Counted from the stretch's first letter, positions 1 through 10,963 are shown. The stretch is DNA of 64,000 nucleotides from Escherichia coli (GCF_003334305.1 NZ_QOWS01000004.1), one strand, 5' to 3'. A program made the numbers and translations. The notes: generated from the letters alone by a model not told the origin.

Positions 1-550
1 GCAGGCGCAGATCCAGCGTGCCATAACGCTGCCACAGCAGCCAGCAAGCAATCGCCAGCAGCAGAGTGCCAAGACGCCCCAGCGCAAACCACAGTTTGCC
101 CTCTTTGCTGTTGCTGGTAAGGAACACCGCACACAAGGCCATGACTTCAGCCATTACCACGAACATGCCGAGGTTGCTGGCGATGACGGCGCAGACGGCG
201 GCAGCCATCAACATATTGATCTGCAAGCCGTTGCACTTCACCTGCGCGTGGCGATGCCAGTCAATGTTGTAGAGGCTGACAAACAGACCGCACAGACCGA
301 GCGTAATCAGCCAAATCGCGTTAAGCGGAGAGATTTGCACATCGTAGCTTACCAGCGACAGCGCACCGCTCACGCCAACCGCGCCAGTCAGTACAGTGAA
401 GCCCGCGGCTGCCGTATACAGACTACCAACCGCGCCGCCAATTCCGGCTATCCAGCCACTTAGCGTCTTTTGAAAAGAAAAGAGAAATGCCAGAACAGCG
501 GCGGCGACAAACCATGCCACGCCGCTATTGATCAGGGAAATTGCGCTCAT
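1..550 (-). CDS. hycC: Formate hydrogenlyase membrane subunit HycC, N-terminal part; gene continues beyond window start
   Basis: Minus-strand frame open from ATG at 550-548 to the window edge; translation begins MSAISLINSGVAWFVAAAVLAF (hydrophobic); ATGA overlap with the hycB stop. Confidence 0.85.
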   Translation of the reverse strand, partial: MSAISLINSGVAWFVAAAVLAFLFSFQKTLSGWIAGIGGAVGSLYTAAAGFTVLTGAVGVSGALSLVSYDVQISPLNAIWLITLGLCGLFVSLYNIDWHRHAQVKCNGLQINMLMAAAVCAVIASNLGMFVVMAEVMALCAVFLTSNSKEGKLWFALGRLGTLLLAIACWLLWQRYGTLDLRL

Positions 551-1158
551 TTAGCCTCTCCACTTTGAGCCTGCTGAAACAAGGTGAGATCGCCAAAGTC
601 CGTGTTAAAGGTCAGCTCACGCTTACGTTTGCTGACGCGGGCGATATCGGTGTTATCCACCAGATGCAGGGCTTTAGTCGGGCACATCCGCACGCAGGCC
701 GGACCTTGTTCATCAAAACTGCAAAGGTCACATTTGACGGCGATCGCGCGAATACCCGGCACCCAGTCAAGCAGCGTACTGATACGCGCCGGAGCAGGCG
801 GTGCCGGTGGCGCTTTCGGGGTATTGGCATTTGCAGGAATATCCAGCGGACGGCTGCCGGAAAATTCAATTGCGCCAAACGGGCAGGCGATGCCGCACAG
901 CTTGCAGCTTACGCACAGGCTTTCATTCAACTGCACGGCCCCATCAACGCGGGTGATGGCGTTAACCGGGCAGACCACCGCGCAGGGTGCATCTTCACAG
1001 TGGTGACAGAGCTGCGGCGCAGATTCTTTTTCATTTAGCATCACTCTCAGGCGCGGCATTGATTGCAGGCCGTGCTGGCGATGCGTCTCTGAACAGGCGG
1101 CCTCACAAGTGTGGCAGCCGATACAGAGCGTGGAGTCAGCAATTACAAAACGATTCAC
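547..1158 (-). CDS. hycB: Formate hydrogenlyase 4Fe-4S ferredoxin-type subunit HycB
   Basis: 203-aa ORF with repeated CxxCxxCxxxCP cluster motifs; synteny hycA-hycB-hycC. Confidence 0.93.
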   Translation of the reverse strand: MNRFVIADSTLCIGCHTCEAACSETHRQHGLQSMPRLRVMLNEKESAPQLCHHCEDAPCAVVCPVNAITRVDGAVQLNESLCVSCKLCGIACPFGAIEFSGSRPLDIPANANTPKAPPAPPAPARISTLLDWVPGIRAIAVKCDLCSFDEQGPACVRMCPTKALHLVDNTDIARVSKRKRELTFNTDFGDLTLFQQAQSGEAK

Positions 1159-1282
1159 CAGGCATTCCTCAGGTGATTGTCATTTTTGACGAAAACATGC
1201 CGATGAAATGTCATTTTCGACACTCATCGACACGCCCATCCCCAAACAGGCGTAACGCCTGCAAAACGGGCAAAGCCTCAGC

Positions 1283-1744
1283 TCATGCTGCCGGGCTTTG
1301 TCCCTTTACCAGTTGGCTTAAATTCACCGGCACATTGTTTTCAATGGCGGTGTATAAGCTGTCGTAAACGCCAGCGATTTTTTCGAGATAGTGTTCCAGA
1401 ACCTGTTCGCGATCGCGGATGTTGACCTTGCCATCAATCATGCCGTCAATGCTCAGTTGCGCCTGCGCAATCCGCTGTTTGTCTTCGCCATCTTTTGTTT
1501 CGACGTAATACTCGATGGTGTGGCTGTTAAAGCCATCCGCCAGGGTGACGTAAATACGAAAATGTTCAAAAAGGACGAAACAGAGTTCTTTGTCCGGCGC
1601 GCAGCTCATGGCGTGATGCAGGCGCGCTTTCGATAACGTGATCCCCTGAACCAGCGAATTGCAGTAGATGTGCCACTGGTCCTGTAGGCGACGATGCCGC
1701 TGTGCGATGTAATCGGCTTTCTCGCTTATTTCCCAAATAGTCAT
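1283..1744 (-). CDS. hycA: Formate hydrogenlyase regulatory protein HycA
   Basis: 153-aa ORF (MTIWEISEKADYIAQ...); divergent from hypA. Confidence 0.9.
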   Translation of the reverse strand: MTIWEISEKADYIAQRHRRLQDQWHIYCNSLVQGITLSKARLHHAMSCAPDKELCFVLFEHFRIYVTLADGFNSHTIEYYVETKDGEDKQRIAQAQLSIDGMIDGKVNIRDREQVLEHYLEKIAGVYDSLYTAIENNVPVNLSQLVKGQSPAA

Positions 1745-1780
1745 TGTCAGGTTACCCGTTTAACAGAGATGCCAGCTTTA

Positions 1781-1795
1781 AGCATTTTTTGTGCC
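1781..1795 (-). promoter_or_regulatory. Candidate sigma-54 (-24/-12) promoter for hyc operon
   Basis: Minus strand reads TGGCAC-N7-ATGC with GG and GC at the canonical 10-nt spacing, about 40 bp upstream of hycA ATG. Confidence 0.5.
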
Positions 1796-1851
1796 AACTT
1801 TTAATTTATTGTTATTAAAGAGATTTTTAAGCTAAAGATGAATTTCGTCGC

Positions 1852-1883
1852 CGTGTCGACGTGTCATTTCGACATCATCGACA
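1852..1883. promoter_or_regulatory. Candidate FhlA upstream activating sequence (inverted TGTCGACA/TCGACA repeats)
   Basis: Sequence tgtcgacgtgtcatttcgacatcatcgaca lies between the divergent sigma-54 promoters; FhlA is encoded in the same locus. Confidence 0.5.
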
Positions 1884-1909
1884 TTATTCACCGCAGGGAT
1901 AATCAACAC

Positions 1910-1925
1910 TGGCACAATTATTGCT
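1910..1925 (+). promoter_or_regulatory. Candidate sigma-54 (-24/-12) promoter for hyp operon
   Basis: TGGCACaattaTTGCT about 30 bp upstream of hypA ATG. Confidence 0.55.
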
Positions 1926-1955
1926 TGTAGCTGGCAATAGTTAATGGGAGGCGAT

Positions 1956-2306
1956 ATGCACGAAATAACCCTCTGCCAACGGGCACTGGAATTGATCGAA
2001 CAGCAGGCCGCAAAACACGGCGCAAAACGCGTAACTGGGGTCTGGCTCAAAATTGGCGCATTTTCTTGTGTCGAAACCAGCTCTCTTGCCTTTTGTTTTG
2101 ATCTGGTTTGCCGCGGCAGCGTGGCGGAAGGTTGTAAACTGCACCTCGAAGAACAAGAGGCCGAATGCTGGTGTGAAACATGCCAACAGTATGTGACGCT
2201 ACTGACCCAGCGCGTCCGCCGCTGTCCACAGTGTCATGGTGACATGCTACAGATTGTGGCAGACGACGGTTTACAGATTCGGCGGATAGAAATAGACCAG
2301 GAGTGA
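1956..2306 (+). CDS. hypA: Hydrogenase nickel-incorporation protein HypA
   Basis: Start chosen at MHEITLCQRALEL (116 aa) inside the 120-aa track ORF; C-terminal CxxC...CxxC zinc motif. Confidence 0.88.
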   Translation: MHEITLCQRALELIEQQAAKHGAKRVTGVWLKIGAFSCVETSSLAFCFDLVCRGSVAEGCKLHLEEQEAECWCETCQQYVTLLTQRVRRCPQCHGDMLQIVADDGLQIRRIEIDQE

Positions 2307-2309
2307 GCG

Positions 2310-3182
2310 ATGTGTACAACATGCGGTTGCGGTGAAGGCAACCTGTATATCGAGGGTGATGAACATAACCCTCATTCCGCGTTTCGTAGCGCGCCATTTG
2401 CCCCGGCGGCACGCCCGAAGATGAAAATCACCGGCATTAAAGCGCCTGAATTTACCCCCAGCCAGACTGAAGAAGGCGACCTGCATTACGGTCATGGCGA
2501 AGCGGGCACTCACGCACCGGGCATGAGCCAGCGTCGGATGCTGGAAGTCGAAATTGACGTGCTGGACAAAAACAACCGTCTGGCTGAACGCAACCGCGCG
2601 CGCTTTGCTGCCCGCAAGCAACTGGTGCTCAACCTGGTTTCCAGCCCTGGTTCCGGTAAAACCACCCTGCTGACGGAAACCTTAATGCGCCTGAAAGACA
2701 GCGTTCCGTGCGCGGTTATTGAAGGTGACCAGCAAACCGTGAACGATGCCGCACGCATTCGCGCTACCGGCACACCAGCGATTCAGGTGAACACCGGTAA
2801 AGGCTGCCATCTTGACGCACAGATGATTGCCGACGCCGCACCGCGTCTGCCACTGGACGATAACGGTATTCTGTTTATCGAAAACGTTGGCAACCTCGTA
2901 TGCCCGGCCAGCTTCGATCTCGGTGAAAAACACAAAGTGGCGGTGCTTTCCGTTACCGAAGGTGAAGACAAACCGCTGAAATATCCGCATATGTTTGCCG
3001 CCGCCTCGCTGATGCTGCTCAACAAAGTTGACCTGTTGCCGTATCTCAACTTTGACGTTGAAAAGTGCATCGCCTGCGCCCGCGAAGTCAATCCAGAAAT
3101 TGAAATCATCCTTATTTCCGCCACCAGCGGTGAAGGGATGGACCAGTGGCTGAACTGGCTGGAGACACAGCGATGTGCATAG
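2310..3182 (+). CDS. hypB: Hydrogenase maturation GTPase HypB
   Basis: 290 aa; N-terminal MCTTCGCG metal-binding motif and GSGKTT P-loop. Confidence 0.93.
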   Translation: MCTTCGCGEGNLYIEGDEHNPHSAFRSAPFAPAARPKMKITGIKAPEFTPSQTEEGDLHYGHGEAGTHAPGMSQRRMLEVEIDVLDKNNRLAERNRARFAARKQLVLNLVSSPGSGKTTLLTETLMRLKDSVPCAVIEGDQQTVNDAARIRATGTPAIQVNTGKGCHLDAQMIADAAPRLPLDDNGILFIENVGNLVCPASFDLGEKHKVAVLSVTEGEDKPLKYPHMFAAASLMLLNKVDLLPYLNFDVEKCIACAREVNPEIEIILISATSGEGMDQWLNWLETQRCA

Positions 3183-3445
3183 GCGTTCCCGGCCAGATCC
3201 GCACCATTGACGGCAACCAGGCAAAAGTCGACGTCTGCGGCATTCAGCGCGATGTCGATTTAACGTTAGTCGGCAGCTGCGATGAAAACGGTCAGCCGCG
3301 CGTGGGCCAGTGGGTACTGGTACACGTTGGCTTTGCCATGAGCGTAATTAATGAAGCCGAAGCACGCGACACTCTCGACGCCTTACAAAACATGTTTGAC
3401 GTTGAGCCGGATGTCGGCGCGCTGTTGTATGGCGAGGAAAAATAA
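3173..3445 (+). CDS. hypC: Hydrogenase maturation chaperone HypC
   Basis: 90 aa starting MCIGVPGQI (conserved N-terminal Cys); overlaps hypB 3' end. Confidence 0.85.
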   Translation: MCIGVPGQIRTIDGNQAKVDVCGIQRDVDLTLVGSCDENGQPRVGQWVLVHVGFAMSVINEAEARDTLDALQNMFDVEPDVGALLYGEEK

Positions 3446-4566
3446 TGCGTTTTGTTGATGAATATCGCGCGCCGGAACAGGTGATGCAGTTAATTGAGCA
3501 TCTGCGCGAACGTGCTTCACATCTCTCTTACACCGCCGAACGCCCTCTGCGGATTATGGAAGTGTGCGGTGGTCATACCCACGCTATTTTTAAATTCGGC
3601 CTCGACCAGTTACTGCCTGAAAACGTTGAGTTTATCCACGGTCCGGGTTGCCCGGTGTGCGTACTGCCGATGGGTAGAATCGACACCTGCGTGGAGATTG
3701 CCAGCCATCCGGAAGTCATCTTCTGTACCTTTGGCGACGCCATGCGCGTACCAGGGAAACAGGGATCGCTGTTGCAGGCAAAAGCACGCGGTGCCGATGT
3801 GCGCATCGTTTACTCGCCGATGGATGCGTTGAAACTGGCGCAGGAGAATCCAACCCGCAAAGTGGTGTTCTTCGGCTTAGGTTTTGAAACCACCATGCCG
3901 ACCACCGCCATCACTCTGCAACAGGCGAAAGCGCGTGATGTGCAGAATTTTTACTTCTTCTGCCAGCATATTACGCTTATCCCGACGCTTCGCAGTTTGC
4001 TGGAACAGCCGGATAACGGTATCGACGCGTTCCTCGCGCCGGGCCACGTTAGTATGGTTATCGGCACTGATGCCTATAATTTTATCGCCAGCGATTTTCA
4101 TCGTCCGCTGGTGGTGGCTGGTTTCGAACCGCTTGATCTACTGCAAGGCGTGGTCATGCTGGTGGAGCAGAAAATAGCGGCCCACAGCAAGGTAGAGAAT
4201 CAGTATCGTCGGGTGGTACCGGATGCCGGTAACCTGCTGGCGCAACAGGCGATTGCCGATGTGTTCTGTGTCAACGGCGACAGCGAATGGCGCGGCTTAG
4301 GCGTGATTGAATCTTCTGGTGTACACCTGACGCCAGATTATCAACGATTCGATGCCGAAGCGCATTTCCGCCCGGCACCGCAGCAGGTCTGCGATGACCC
4401 GCGCGCACGTTGTGGTGAAGTATTAACGGGCAAATGTAAGCCGCATCAATGCCCGCTGTTTGGTAACACCTGTAATCCTCAAACCGCATTTGGTGCACTG
4501 ATGGTCTCCTCCGAAGGAGCGTGCGCCGCGTGGTATCAGTATCGTCAGCAGGAGAGTGAAGCGTGA
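3445..4566 (+). CDS. hypD: Hydrogenase maturation protein HypD
   Basis: 373 aa with CGxH and CPVC motifs; start overlaps hypC stop. Confidence 0.93.
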   Translation: MRFVDEYRAPEQVMQLIEHLRERASHLSYTAERPLRIMEVCGGHTHAIFKFGLDQLLPENVEFIHGPGCPVCVLPMGRIDTCVEIASHPEVIFCTFGDAMRVPGKQGSLLQAKARGADVRIVYSPMDALKLAQENPTRKVVFFGLGFETTMPTTAITLQQAKARDVQNFYFFCQHITLIPTLRSLLEQPDNGIDAFLAPGHVSMVIGTDAYNFIASDFHRPLVVAGFEPLDLLQGVVMLVEQKIAAHSKVENQYRRVVPDAGNLLAQQAIADVFCVNGDSEWRGLGVIESSGVHLTPDYQRFDAEAHFRPAPQQVCDDPRARCGEVLTGKCKPHQCPLFGNTCNPQTAFGALMVSSEGACAAWYQYRQQESEA

Positions 4567-5573
4567 ATAATATCCAACTCGCCCACGGCAGCGGCGGCCA
4601 GGCGATGCAGCAATTAATCAACAGCCTGTTTATGGAAGCCTTTGCCAACCCGTGGCTGGCAGAGCAGGAAGATCAGGCACGTCTTGATCTGGCGCAGCTG
4701 GTAGCAGAAGGCGATCGTCTGGCGTTCTCCACCGACAGTTACGTCATTGACCCGCTGTTCTTTCCTGGCGGTAATATCGGCAAGCTGGCGATTTGCGGCA
4801 CTGCGAATGACGTTGCGGTCAGTGGCGCTATTCCGCGCTATCTCTCCTGTGGCTTTATCCTCGAAGAAGGATTGCCGATGGAGACACTGAAAGCCGTAGT
4901 GACCAGCATGGCAGAAACCGCCCGCACGGCAGGCATTGCCATCGTTACTGGCGATACTAAAGTGGTGCAGCGCGGCGCGGCAGATAAACTGTTTATCAAC
5001 ACCGCTGGCATGGGCGCAATTCCGGCGAATATTCACTGGGGCGCACAGACGCTAACCGCAGGCGATGTATTACTGGTTAGCGGCACGCTCGGCGACCACG
5101 GGGCGACTATCCTTAACCTGCGTGAGCAGCTGGGGCTGGATGGCGAACTGGTCAGCGACTGCGCGGTACTGACGCCGCTTATTCAGACGCTGCGTGACAT
5201 TCCCGGCGTGAAAGCGCTGCGTGATGCCACCCGTGGTGGTGTGAACGCGGTAGTTCATGAGTTCGCGGCAGCCTGCGGTTGTGGTATTGAAATTTCAGAA
5301 GCGGCACTGCCGGTTAAACCTGCTGTGCGCGGCGTTTGCGAACTGCTGGGACTGGACGCCCTTAACTTTGCCAACGAAGGCAAACTGGTGATCGCCGTTG
5401 AACGCAACGCGGCAGAGCAAGTGCTGGCAGCGTTACATTCCCATCCACTGGGAAAAGACGCGGCGCTGATTGGTGAAGTGGTGGAACGTAAAGGTGTTCG
5501 TCTTGCCGGTCTGTATGGCGTGAAACGAACCCTCGATTTACCACACGCCGAACCGCTTCCGCGTATATGCTAA
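4563..5573 (+). CDS. hypE: Hydrogenase maturation carbamoyl dehydratase HypE
   Basis: 336 aa; codon at 4563 is GTG; C-terminal PRIC motif. Confidence 0.9.
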   Translation: MNNIQLAHGSGGQAMQQLINSLFMEAFANPWLAEQEDQARLDLAQLVAEGDRLAFSTDSYVIDPLFFPGGNIGKLAICGTANDVAVSGAIPRYLSCGFILEEGLPMETLKAVVTSMAETARTAGIAIVTGDTKVVQRGAADKLFINTAGMGAIPANIHWGAQTLTAGDVLLVSGTLGDHGATILNLREQLGLDGELVSDCAVLTPLIQTLRDIPGVKALRDATRGGVNAVVHEFAAACGCGIEISEAALPVKPAVRGVCELLGLDALNFANEGKLVIAVERNAAEQVLAALHSHPLGKDAALIGEVVERKGVRLAGLYGVKRTLDLPHAEPLPRIC

Positions 5574-5646
5574 TAAAATTCTAAATCTCCTATAGTTAGT
5601 CAATGACCTTTTGCACCGCTTTGCGGTGCTTTCCTGGAAGAACAAA

Positions 5647-7725
5647 ATGTCATATACACCGATGAGTGATCTCGGACAGCAAGGGTTGTTCGACATCACT
5701 CGGACACTATTGCAGCAGCCCGATCTGGCCTCGCTGTGTGAGGCTCTTTCGCAACTGGTAAAGCGTTCTGCGCTCGCCGACAACGCGGCTATTGTGTTGT
5801 GGCAAGCGCAGACTCAACGTGCGTCTTATTACGCATCGCGTGAAAAAGACACCCCCATTAAATATGAAGACGAAACTGTTCTGGCACACGGTCCGGTACG
5901 CAGCATTTTGTCGCGCCCTGATACGCTGCATTGCAGTTACGAAGAATTTTGTGAAACCTGGCCGCAGCTGGCCGCAGGTGGGCTATACCCAAAATTTGGT
6001 CACTATTGCCTGATGCCACTGGCGGCGGAAGGGCATATTTTTGGTGGCTGTGAATTTATTCGTTATGACGATCGCCCCTGGAGCGAAAAAGAGTTCAATC
6101 GTCTGCAAACATTTACGCAGATCGTTTCTGTCGTCACCGAACAAATCCAGAGCCGCGTCGTTAACAATGTCGACTATGAGTTGTTATGCCGGGAACGCGA
6201 TAACTTCCGCATCCTGGTCGCCATCACCAACGCGGTGCTTTCCCGCCTGGATATGGACGAACTGGTCAGCGAAGTCGCCAAAGAAATCCATTACTATTTC
6301 GACATTGACGATATCAGTATCGTCTTACGCAGCCACCGTAAAAACAAACTCAACATCTACTCCACTCACTATCTTGATAAACAGCATCCCGCCCACGAAC
6401 AGAGCGAAGTCGATGAAGCCGGAACCCTCACCGAACGCGTGTTCAAAAGTAAAGAGATGCTGCTGATCAATCTCCACGAGCGGGACGATTTAGCCCCCTA
6501 TGAACGCATGTTGTTCGACACCTGGGGCAACCAGATTCAAACCTTGTGCCTGTTACCGCTGATGTCTGGCGACACCATGCTGGGCGTGCTGAAACTGGCG
6601 CAATGCGAAGAGAAAGTGTTTACCACTACCAATCTGAATTTACTGCGCCAGATTGCCGAACGTGTGGCAATCGCTGTCGATAACGCCCTCGCCTATCAGG
6701 AAATCCATCGTCTGAAAGAACGGCTGGTTGATGAAAACCTCGCCCTGACCGAGCAGCTCAACAATGTTGATAGTGAATTTGGCGAGATTATTGGCCGCAG
6801 CGAAGCCATGTACAGCGTGCTTAAACAAGTTGAAATGGTGGCGCAAAGTGACAGTACCGTGCTGATCCTCGGTGAAACTGGCACGGGTAAAGAGCTGATT
6901 GCCCGTGCGATCCATAATCTCAGTGGGCGTAATAATCGCCGCATGGTCAAAATGAACTGCGCGGCGATGCCTGCCGGATTGCTGGAAAGCGATCTGTTTG
7001 GTCATGAGCGTGGGGCTTTTACCGGTGCCAGCGCCCAGCGCATTGGTCGTTTTGAACTGGCGGATAAAAGCTCCCTGTTCCTCGACGAAGTGGGCGATAT
7101 GCCACTGGAGTTACAGCCGAAGTTGCTGCGTGTATTGCAGGAACAGGAGTTTGAACGTCTCGGCAGCAACAAAATCATTCAGACGGACGTGCGTCTAATC
7201 GCCGCGACTAACCGCGATCTGAAAAAAATGGTCGCCGACCGTGAGTTCCGTAGCGATCTCTATTACCGCCTGAACGTATTCCCGATTCACCTGCCGCCAC
7301 TACGCGAGCGTCCGGAAGATATTCCGCTGCTGGCGAAAGCCTTTACCTTCAAAATTGCCCGTCGTCTGGGGCGCAATATCGACAGCATTCCTGCCGAGAC
7401 GCTGCGCACCTTGAGCAACATGGAGTGGCCGGGTAACGTACGCGAACTGGAAAACGTCATTGAGCGCGCGGTATTGCTAACACGCGGTAACGTGCTGCAG
7501 CTGTCATTGCCAGATATTGTTTTACCGGAACCTGAAACGCCGCCTGCCGCAACGGTTGTCGCCCAGGAGGGCGAAGATGAATATCAGTTGATTGTTCGCG
7601 TGCTGAAAGAAACCAACGGCGTGGTTGCCGGGCCTAAAGGCGCTGCGCAACGTCTGGGGCTGAAACGCACGACCCTGCTGTCACGGATGAAGCGGCTGGG
7701 AATTGATAAATCGGCATTGATTTAA
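5647..7725 (+). CDS. fhlA: Formate hydrogenlyase transcriptional activator FhlA (sigma-54 enhancer-binding protein)
   Basis: Start chosen at MSYTPMSDLGQQ (692 aa) inside the 704-aa track ORF; GETGTGKE AAA+ motif and C-terminal HTH. Confidence 0.9.
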   Translation: MSYTPMSDLGQQGLFDITRTLLQQPDLASLCEALSQLVKRSALADNAAIVLWQAQTQRASYYASREKDTPIKYEDETVLAHGPVRSILSRPDTLHCSYEEFCETWPQLAAGGLYPKFGHYCLMPLAAEGHIFGGCEFIRYDDRPWSEKEFNRLQTFTQIVSVVTEQIQSRVVNNVDYELLCRERDNFRILVAITNAVLSRLDMDELVSEVAKEIHYYFDIDDISIVLRSHRKNKLNIYSTHYLDKQHPAHEQSEVDEAGTLTERVFKSKEMLLINLHERDDLAPYERMLFDTWGNQIQTLCLLPLMSGDTMLGVLKLAQCEEKVFTTTNLNLLRQIAERVAIAVDNALAYQEIHRLKERLVDENLALTEQLNNVDSEFGEIIGRSEAMYSVLKQVEMVAQSDSTVLILGETGTGKELIARAIHNLSGRNNRRMVKMNCAAMPAGLLESDLFGHERGAFTGASAQRIGRFELADKSSLFLDEVGDMPLELQPKLLRVLQEQEFERLGSNKIIQTDVRLIAATNRDLKKMVADREFRSDLYYRLNVFPIHLPPLRERPEDIPLLAKAFTFKIARRLGRNIDSIPAETLRTLSNMEWPGNVRELENVIERAVLLTRGNVLQLSLPDIVLPEPETPPAATVVAQEGEDEYQLIVRVLKETNGVVAGPKGAAQRLGLKRTTLLSRMKRLGIDKSALI

Positions 7726-7734
7726 CTGCAAATT

Positions 7735-7758
7735 GCCGGACAGATCTGCCTGTCCGGC
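7735..7758. terminator. Hairpin between convergent fhlA and ygbA (candidate bidirectional terminator)
   Basis: gccggacag-atctgc-ctgtccggc, 9-bp perfect stem. Confidence 0.5.
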
Positions 7759-7761
7759 ATA

Positions 7762-8115
7762 CTATTCACGAGGTTTTTTCGGACGATATTTTTCCGGCAG
7801 TTCTGGCACCGGACGCTTGTCATCGATGAGATGACGCACGGTTAAGATCGGATGACGCCACAGCATTCTCGGCCCGGCCCAACGCATAATCTGTTTCATC
7901 TCTTCACGCTTTGCAGGCTGGTAACAGTGCACCGGACACTGCTTACAGGCTGGTTTCTCTTCGCCGAACACACATTTATCCAGCCGCTTTTGCGCGTAAA
8001 CAAACAACGCCTCGTAATGCTCCGGCTCCGCTGACGCCTGCGGGCATTTCGCTTGATAAAGATCGATCATTTTTTTAATCGTCAGTTTTTCACGAGAGAT
8101 ACGCTTGCCGGACAT
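7762..8115 (-). CDS. ygbA: Cys-rich small protein YgbA (NsrR-regulon member)
   Basis: 117-aa ORF matching YgbA. Confidence 0.85.
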   Translation of the reverse strand: MSGKRISREKLTIKKMIDLYQAKCPQASAEPEHYEALFVYAQKRLDKCVFGEEKPACKQCPVHCYQPAKREEMKQIMRWAGPRMLWRHPILTVRHLIDDKRPVPELPEKYRPKKPRE

Positions 8116-8132
8116 GCTGCCTCCACCTCATT

Positions 8133-8155
8133 AAGATGTATTTATATTACATCTT
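8133..8155. promoter_or_regulatory. Candidate NsrR operator upstream of ygbA
   Basis: aagatgtatttatattacatctt, an 11-1-11 imperfect inverted repeat 18-40 bp upstream of the ygbA ATG. Confidence 0.5.
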
Positions 8156-8401
8156 AATCTTAAAGGGCACTATGACTCTAAAGAAGAAAGGTTCGCCAAC
8201 CGACGCAATTTTGCGTACTTGCTTCATAAGCATCACGCAAAAGCTGCAAAACAGCATCTTTCCCGGAACCAGCATCAAGAACTCACCGTTCGCTTCTTCC
8301 CCTGAAATGATTAACTCCGGTATCATGTGCGCCTTATGTGATTACAACGAAAATAAAAACCATCACACCCCATTTAATATCAGGGAACCGGACATAACCC
8401 C

Positions 8402-10963
8402 ATGAGTGCAATAGAAAATTTCGACGCCCATACGCCCATGATGCAGCAGTATCTCAGGCTGAAAGCCCAGCATCCCGAGATCCTGCTGTTTTACCGGATG
8501 GGTGATTTTTATGAACTGTTTTATGACGACGCAAAACGCGCGTCGCAACTGCTGGATATTTCACTGACCAAACGCGGTGCTTCGGCGGGAGAGCCGATCC
8601 CGATGGCGGGGATTCCCTACCATGCGGTGGAAAACTATCTCGCCAAACTGGTGAATCAGGGAGAGTCCGTTGCCATCTGCGAACAAATTGGCGATCCGGC
8701 GACCAGCAAAGGTCCGGTTGAGCGCAAAGTTGTGCGTATCGTTACGCCAGGCACCATCAGCGATGAAGCCCTGTTACAGGAGCGTCAGGACAACCTGCTG
8801 GCGGCTATCTGGCAGGACAGCAAAGGTTTCGGCTACGCGACGCTGGATATCAGCTCCGGGCGTTTTCGCCTGAGCGAACCGGCCGACCGCGAAACGATGG
8901 CGGCAGAGCTGCAACGCACTAATCCGGCGGAACTGCTGTATGCAGAAGATTTCGCCGAGATGTCGCTGATTGAAGGCCGTCGCGGCCTGCGCCGTCGCCC
9001 GCTGTGGGAGTTTGAAATCGACACCGCGCGCCAGCAGTTGAATCTGCAATTTGGCACCCGCGATCTGGTCGGTTTTGGCGTCGAGAACGCGCCGCGCGGA
9101 CTTTGTGCTGCCGGTTGTCTGTTGCAGTATGCGAAAGATACCCAACGCACGACCCTGCCGCATATTCGTTCTATCACCATGGAACGTGAGCAGGACAGCA
9201 TCATTATGGATGCCGCGACACGTCGTAACCTGGAAATTACTCAGAACCTGGCGGGCGGTGCGGAAAATACGCTGGCTTCTGTGCTCGACTGCACCGTCAC
9301 GCCGATGGGTAGTCGTATGCTGAAACGCTGGCTGCATATGCCAGTGCGCGATACCCGCGTGTTGCTTGAGCGCCAGCAAACTATTGGCGCATTGCAGGAT
9401 TTCACCGCCGAGTTGCAGCCGGTACTGCGTCAGGTCGGCGACCTGGAACGTATTCTGGCACGTCTGGCTTTACGAACTGCTCGCCCACGCGATCTGGCCC
9501 GTATGCGCCACGCTTTCCAGCAACTGCCGGAGCTGCGTGCGCAGTTAGAAACTGTCGATAGTGCACCGGTACAGGCGCTACGTGAGAAGATGGGCGAGTT
9601 TGCCGAGCTGCGCGATCTGCTGGAGCGAGCAATCATCGACACACCGCCGGTGCTGGTACGCGACGGTGGTGTTATCGCATCGGGCTATAACGAAGAGCTG
9701 GATGAGTGGCGCGCGCTGGCTGACGGCGCGACCGATTATCTGGAGCGTCTGGAAGTCCGCGAGCGTGAACGTACCGGCCTGGACACGCTGAAAGTTGGCT
9801 TTAATGCGGTGCACGGCTACTACATTCAAATCAGCCGTGGGCAAAGCCATCTGGCACCCATCAACTACATGCGTCGCCAGACGCTGAAAAACGCCGAGCG
9901 CTACATCATTCCAGAGCTAAAAGAGTACGAAGATAAAGTTCTCACCTCAAAAGGCAAAGCACTGGCACTGGAAAAACAGCTTTATGAAGAGCTGTTCGAC
10001 CTGCTGTTGCCGCATCTGGAAGCGTTGCAACAGAGCGCGAGCGCGCTGGCGGAACTCGACGTGCTGGTTAACCTGGCGGAACGGGCCTATACCCTGAACT
10101 ACACCTGCCCGACCTTCATTGATAAACCGGGCATTCGCATTACCGAAGGTCGCCATCCGGTAGTTGAACAAGTACTGAATGAGCCATTTATCGCTAACCC
10201 GCTGAATCTGTCGCCGCAGCGCCGTATGTTGATTATTACCGGCCCGAACATGGGCGGTAAAAGTACCTATATGCGCCAGACCGCACTGATTGCGCTGATG
10301 GCCTACATCGGCAGCTATGTACCGGCACAAAAAGTCGAGATTGGACCTATCGATCGCATCTTTACCCGCGTAGGCGCGGCAGATGACCTGGCTTCCGGGC
10401 GCTCAACCTTTATGGTGGAGATGACTGAAACCGCCAATATTTTACATAACGCCACCGAATACAGTCTGGTGTTAATGGATGAGATCGGGCGTGGAACGTC
10501 CACCTACGATGGTCTGTCGCTGGCGTGGGCGTGCGCAGAAAATCTGGCGAATAAGATTAAGGCATTGACGCTGTTTGCCACCCACTATTTCGAGCTGACC
10601 CAGCTACCGGAGAAAATGGAAGGCGTCGCCAACGTACATCTCGATGCGCTGGAGCACGGCGACACTATCGCCTTTATGCACAGCGTGCAGGACGGCGCGG
10701 CGAGCAAAAGCTACGGTCTGGCGGTTGCTGCTCTGGCGGGCGTACCGAAAGAGGTTATTAAGCGCGCACGGCAAAAACTGCGTGAGCTGGAAAGCATTTC
10801 GCCGAACGCCGCCGCTACGCAAGTGGATGGTACGCAAATGTCTTTGCTGTCCGTACCAGAAGAAACTTCGCCTGCGGTCGAGGCACTGGAAAACCTGGAC
10901 CCGGATTCACTGACTCCGCGTCAGGCGCTGGAGTGGATTTATCGCTTGAAGAGTCTGGTGTAA
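8402..10963 (+). CDS. mutS: DNA mismatch repair protein MutS
   Basis: 853 aa with Walker [10 protein letters not shown]. Confidence 0.97.
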   Translation: MSAIENFDAHTPMMQQYLRLKAQHPEILLFYRMGDFYELFYDDAKRASQLLDISLTKRGASAGEPIPMAGIPYHAVENYLAKLVNQGESVAICEQIGDPATSKGPVERKVVRIVTPGTISDEALLQERQDNLLAAIWQDSKGFGYATLDISSGRFRLSEPADRETMAAELQRTNPAELLYAEDFAEMSLIEGRRGLRRRPLWEFEIDTARQQLNLQFGTRDLVGFGVENAPRGLCAAGCLLQYAKDTQRTTLPHIRSITMEREQDSIIMDAATRRNLEITQNLAGGAENTLASVLDCTVTPMGSRMLKRWLHMPVRDTRVLLERQQTIGALQDFTAELQPVLRQVGDLERILARLALRTARPRDLARMRHAFQQLPELRAQLETVDSAPVQALREKMGEFAELRDLLERAIIDTPPVLVRDGGVIASGYNEELDEWRALADGATDYLERLEVRERERTGLDTLKVGFNAVHGYYIQISRGQSHLAPINYMRRQTLKNAERYIIPELKEYEDKVLTSKGKALALEKQLYEELFDLLLPHLEALQQSASALAELDVLVNLAERAYTLNYTCPTFIDKPGIRITEGRHPVVEQVLNEPFIANPLNLSPQRRMLIITGPNMGGKSTYMRQTALIALMAYIGSYVPAQKVEIGPIDRIFTRVGAADDLASGRSTFMVEMTETANILHNATEYSLVLMDEIGRGTSTYDGLSLAWACAENLANKIKALTLFATHYFELTQLPEKMEGVANVHLDALEHGDTIAFMHSVQDGAASKSYGLAVAALAGVPKEVIKRARQKLRELESISPNAAATQVDGTQMSLLSVPEETSPAVEALENLDPDSLTPRQALEWIYRLKSLV

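Noticed and set aside
5611-5646. Longer N-terminal extensions in the ORF track for fhlA, hypA, hypC, rpoS, surE, cysH, queD, ygcN, ygcO, ygcQ, ygcR, ygcS, ygcW, ygcG, casE and casA
   Set aside because: These are upstream in-frame readthrough; the internal start gives the conserved N-terminus or a better ribosome-binding site or gene junction in each case.
8136-8405. 89-aa ORF in the ygbA-mutS intergenic region
   Set aside because: It sits in a promoter region with no ribosome-binding site and an AT-rich, low-complexity translation.
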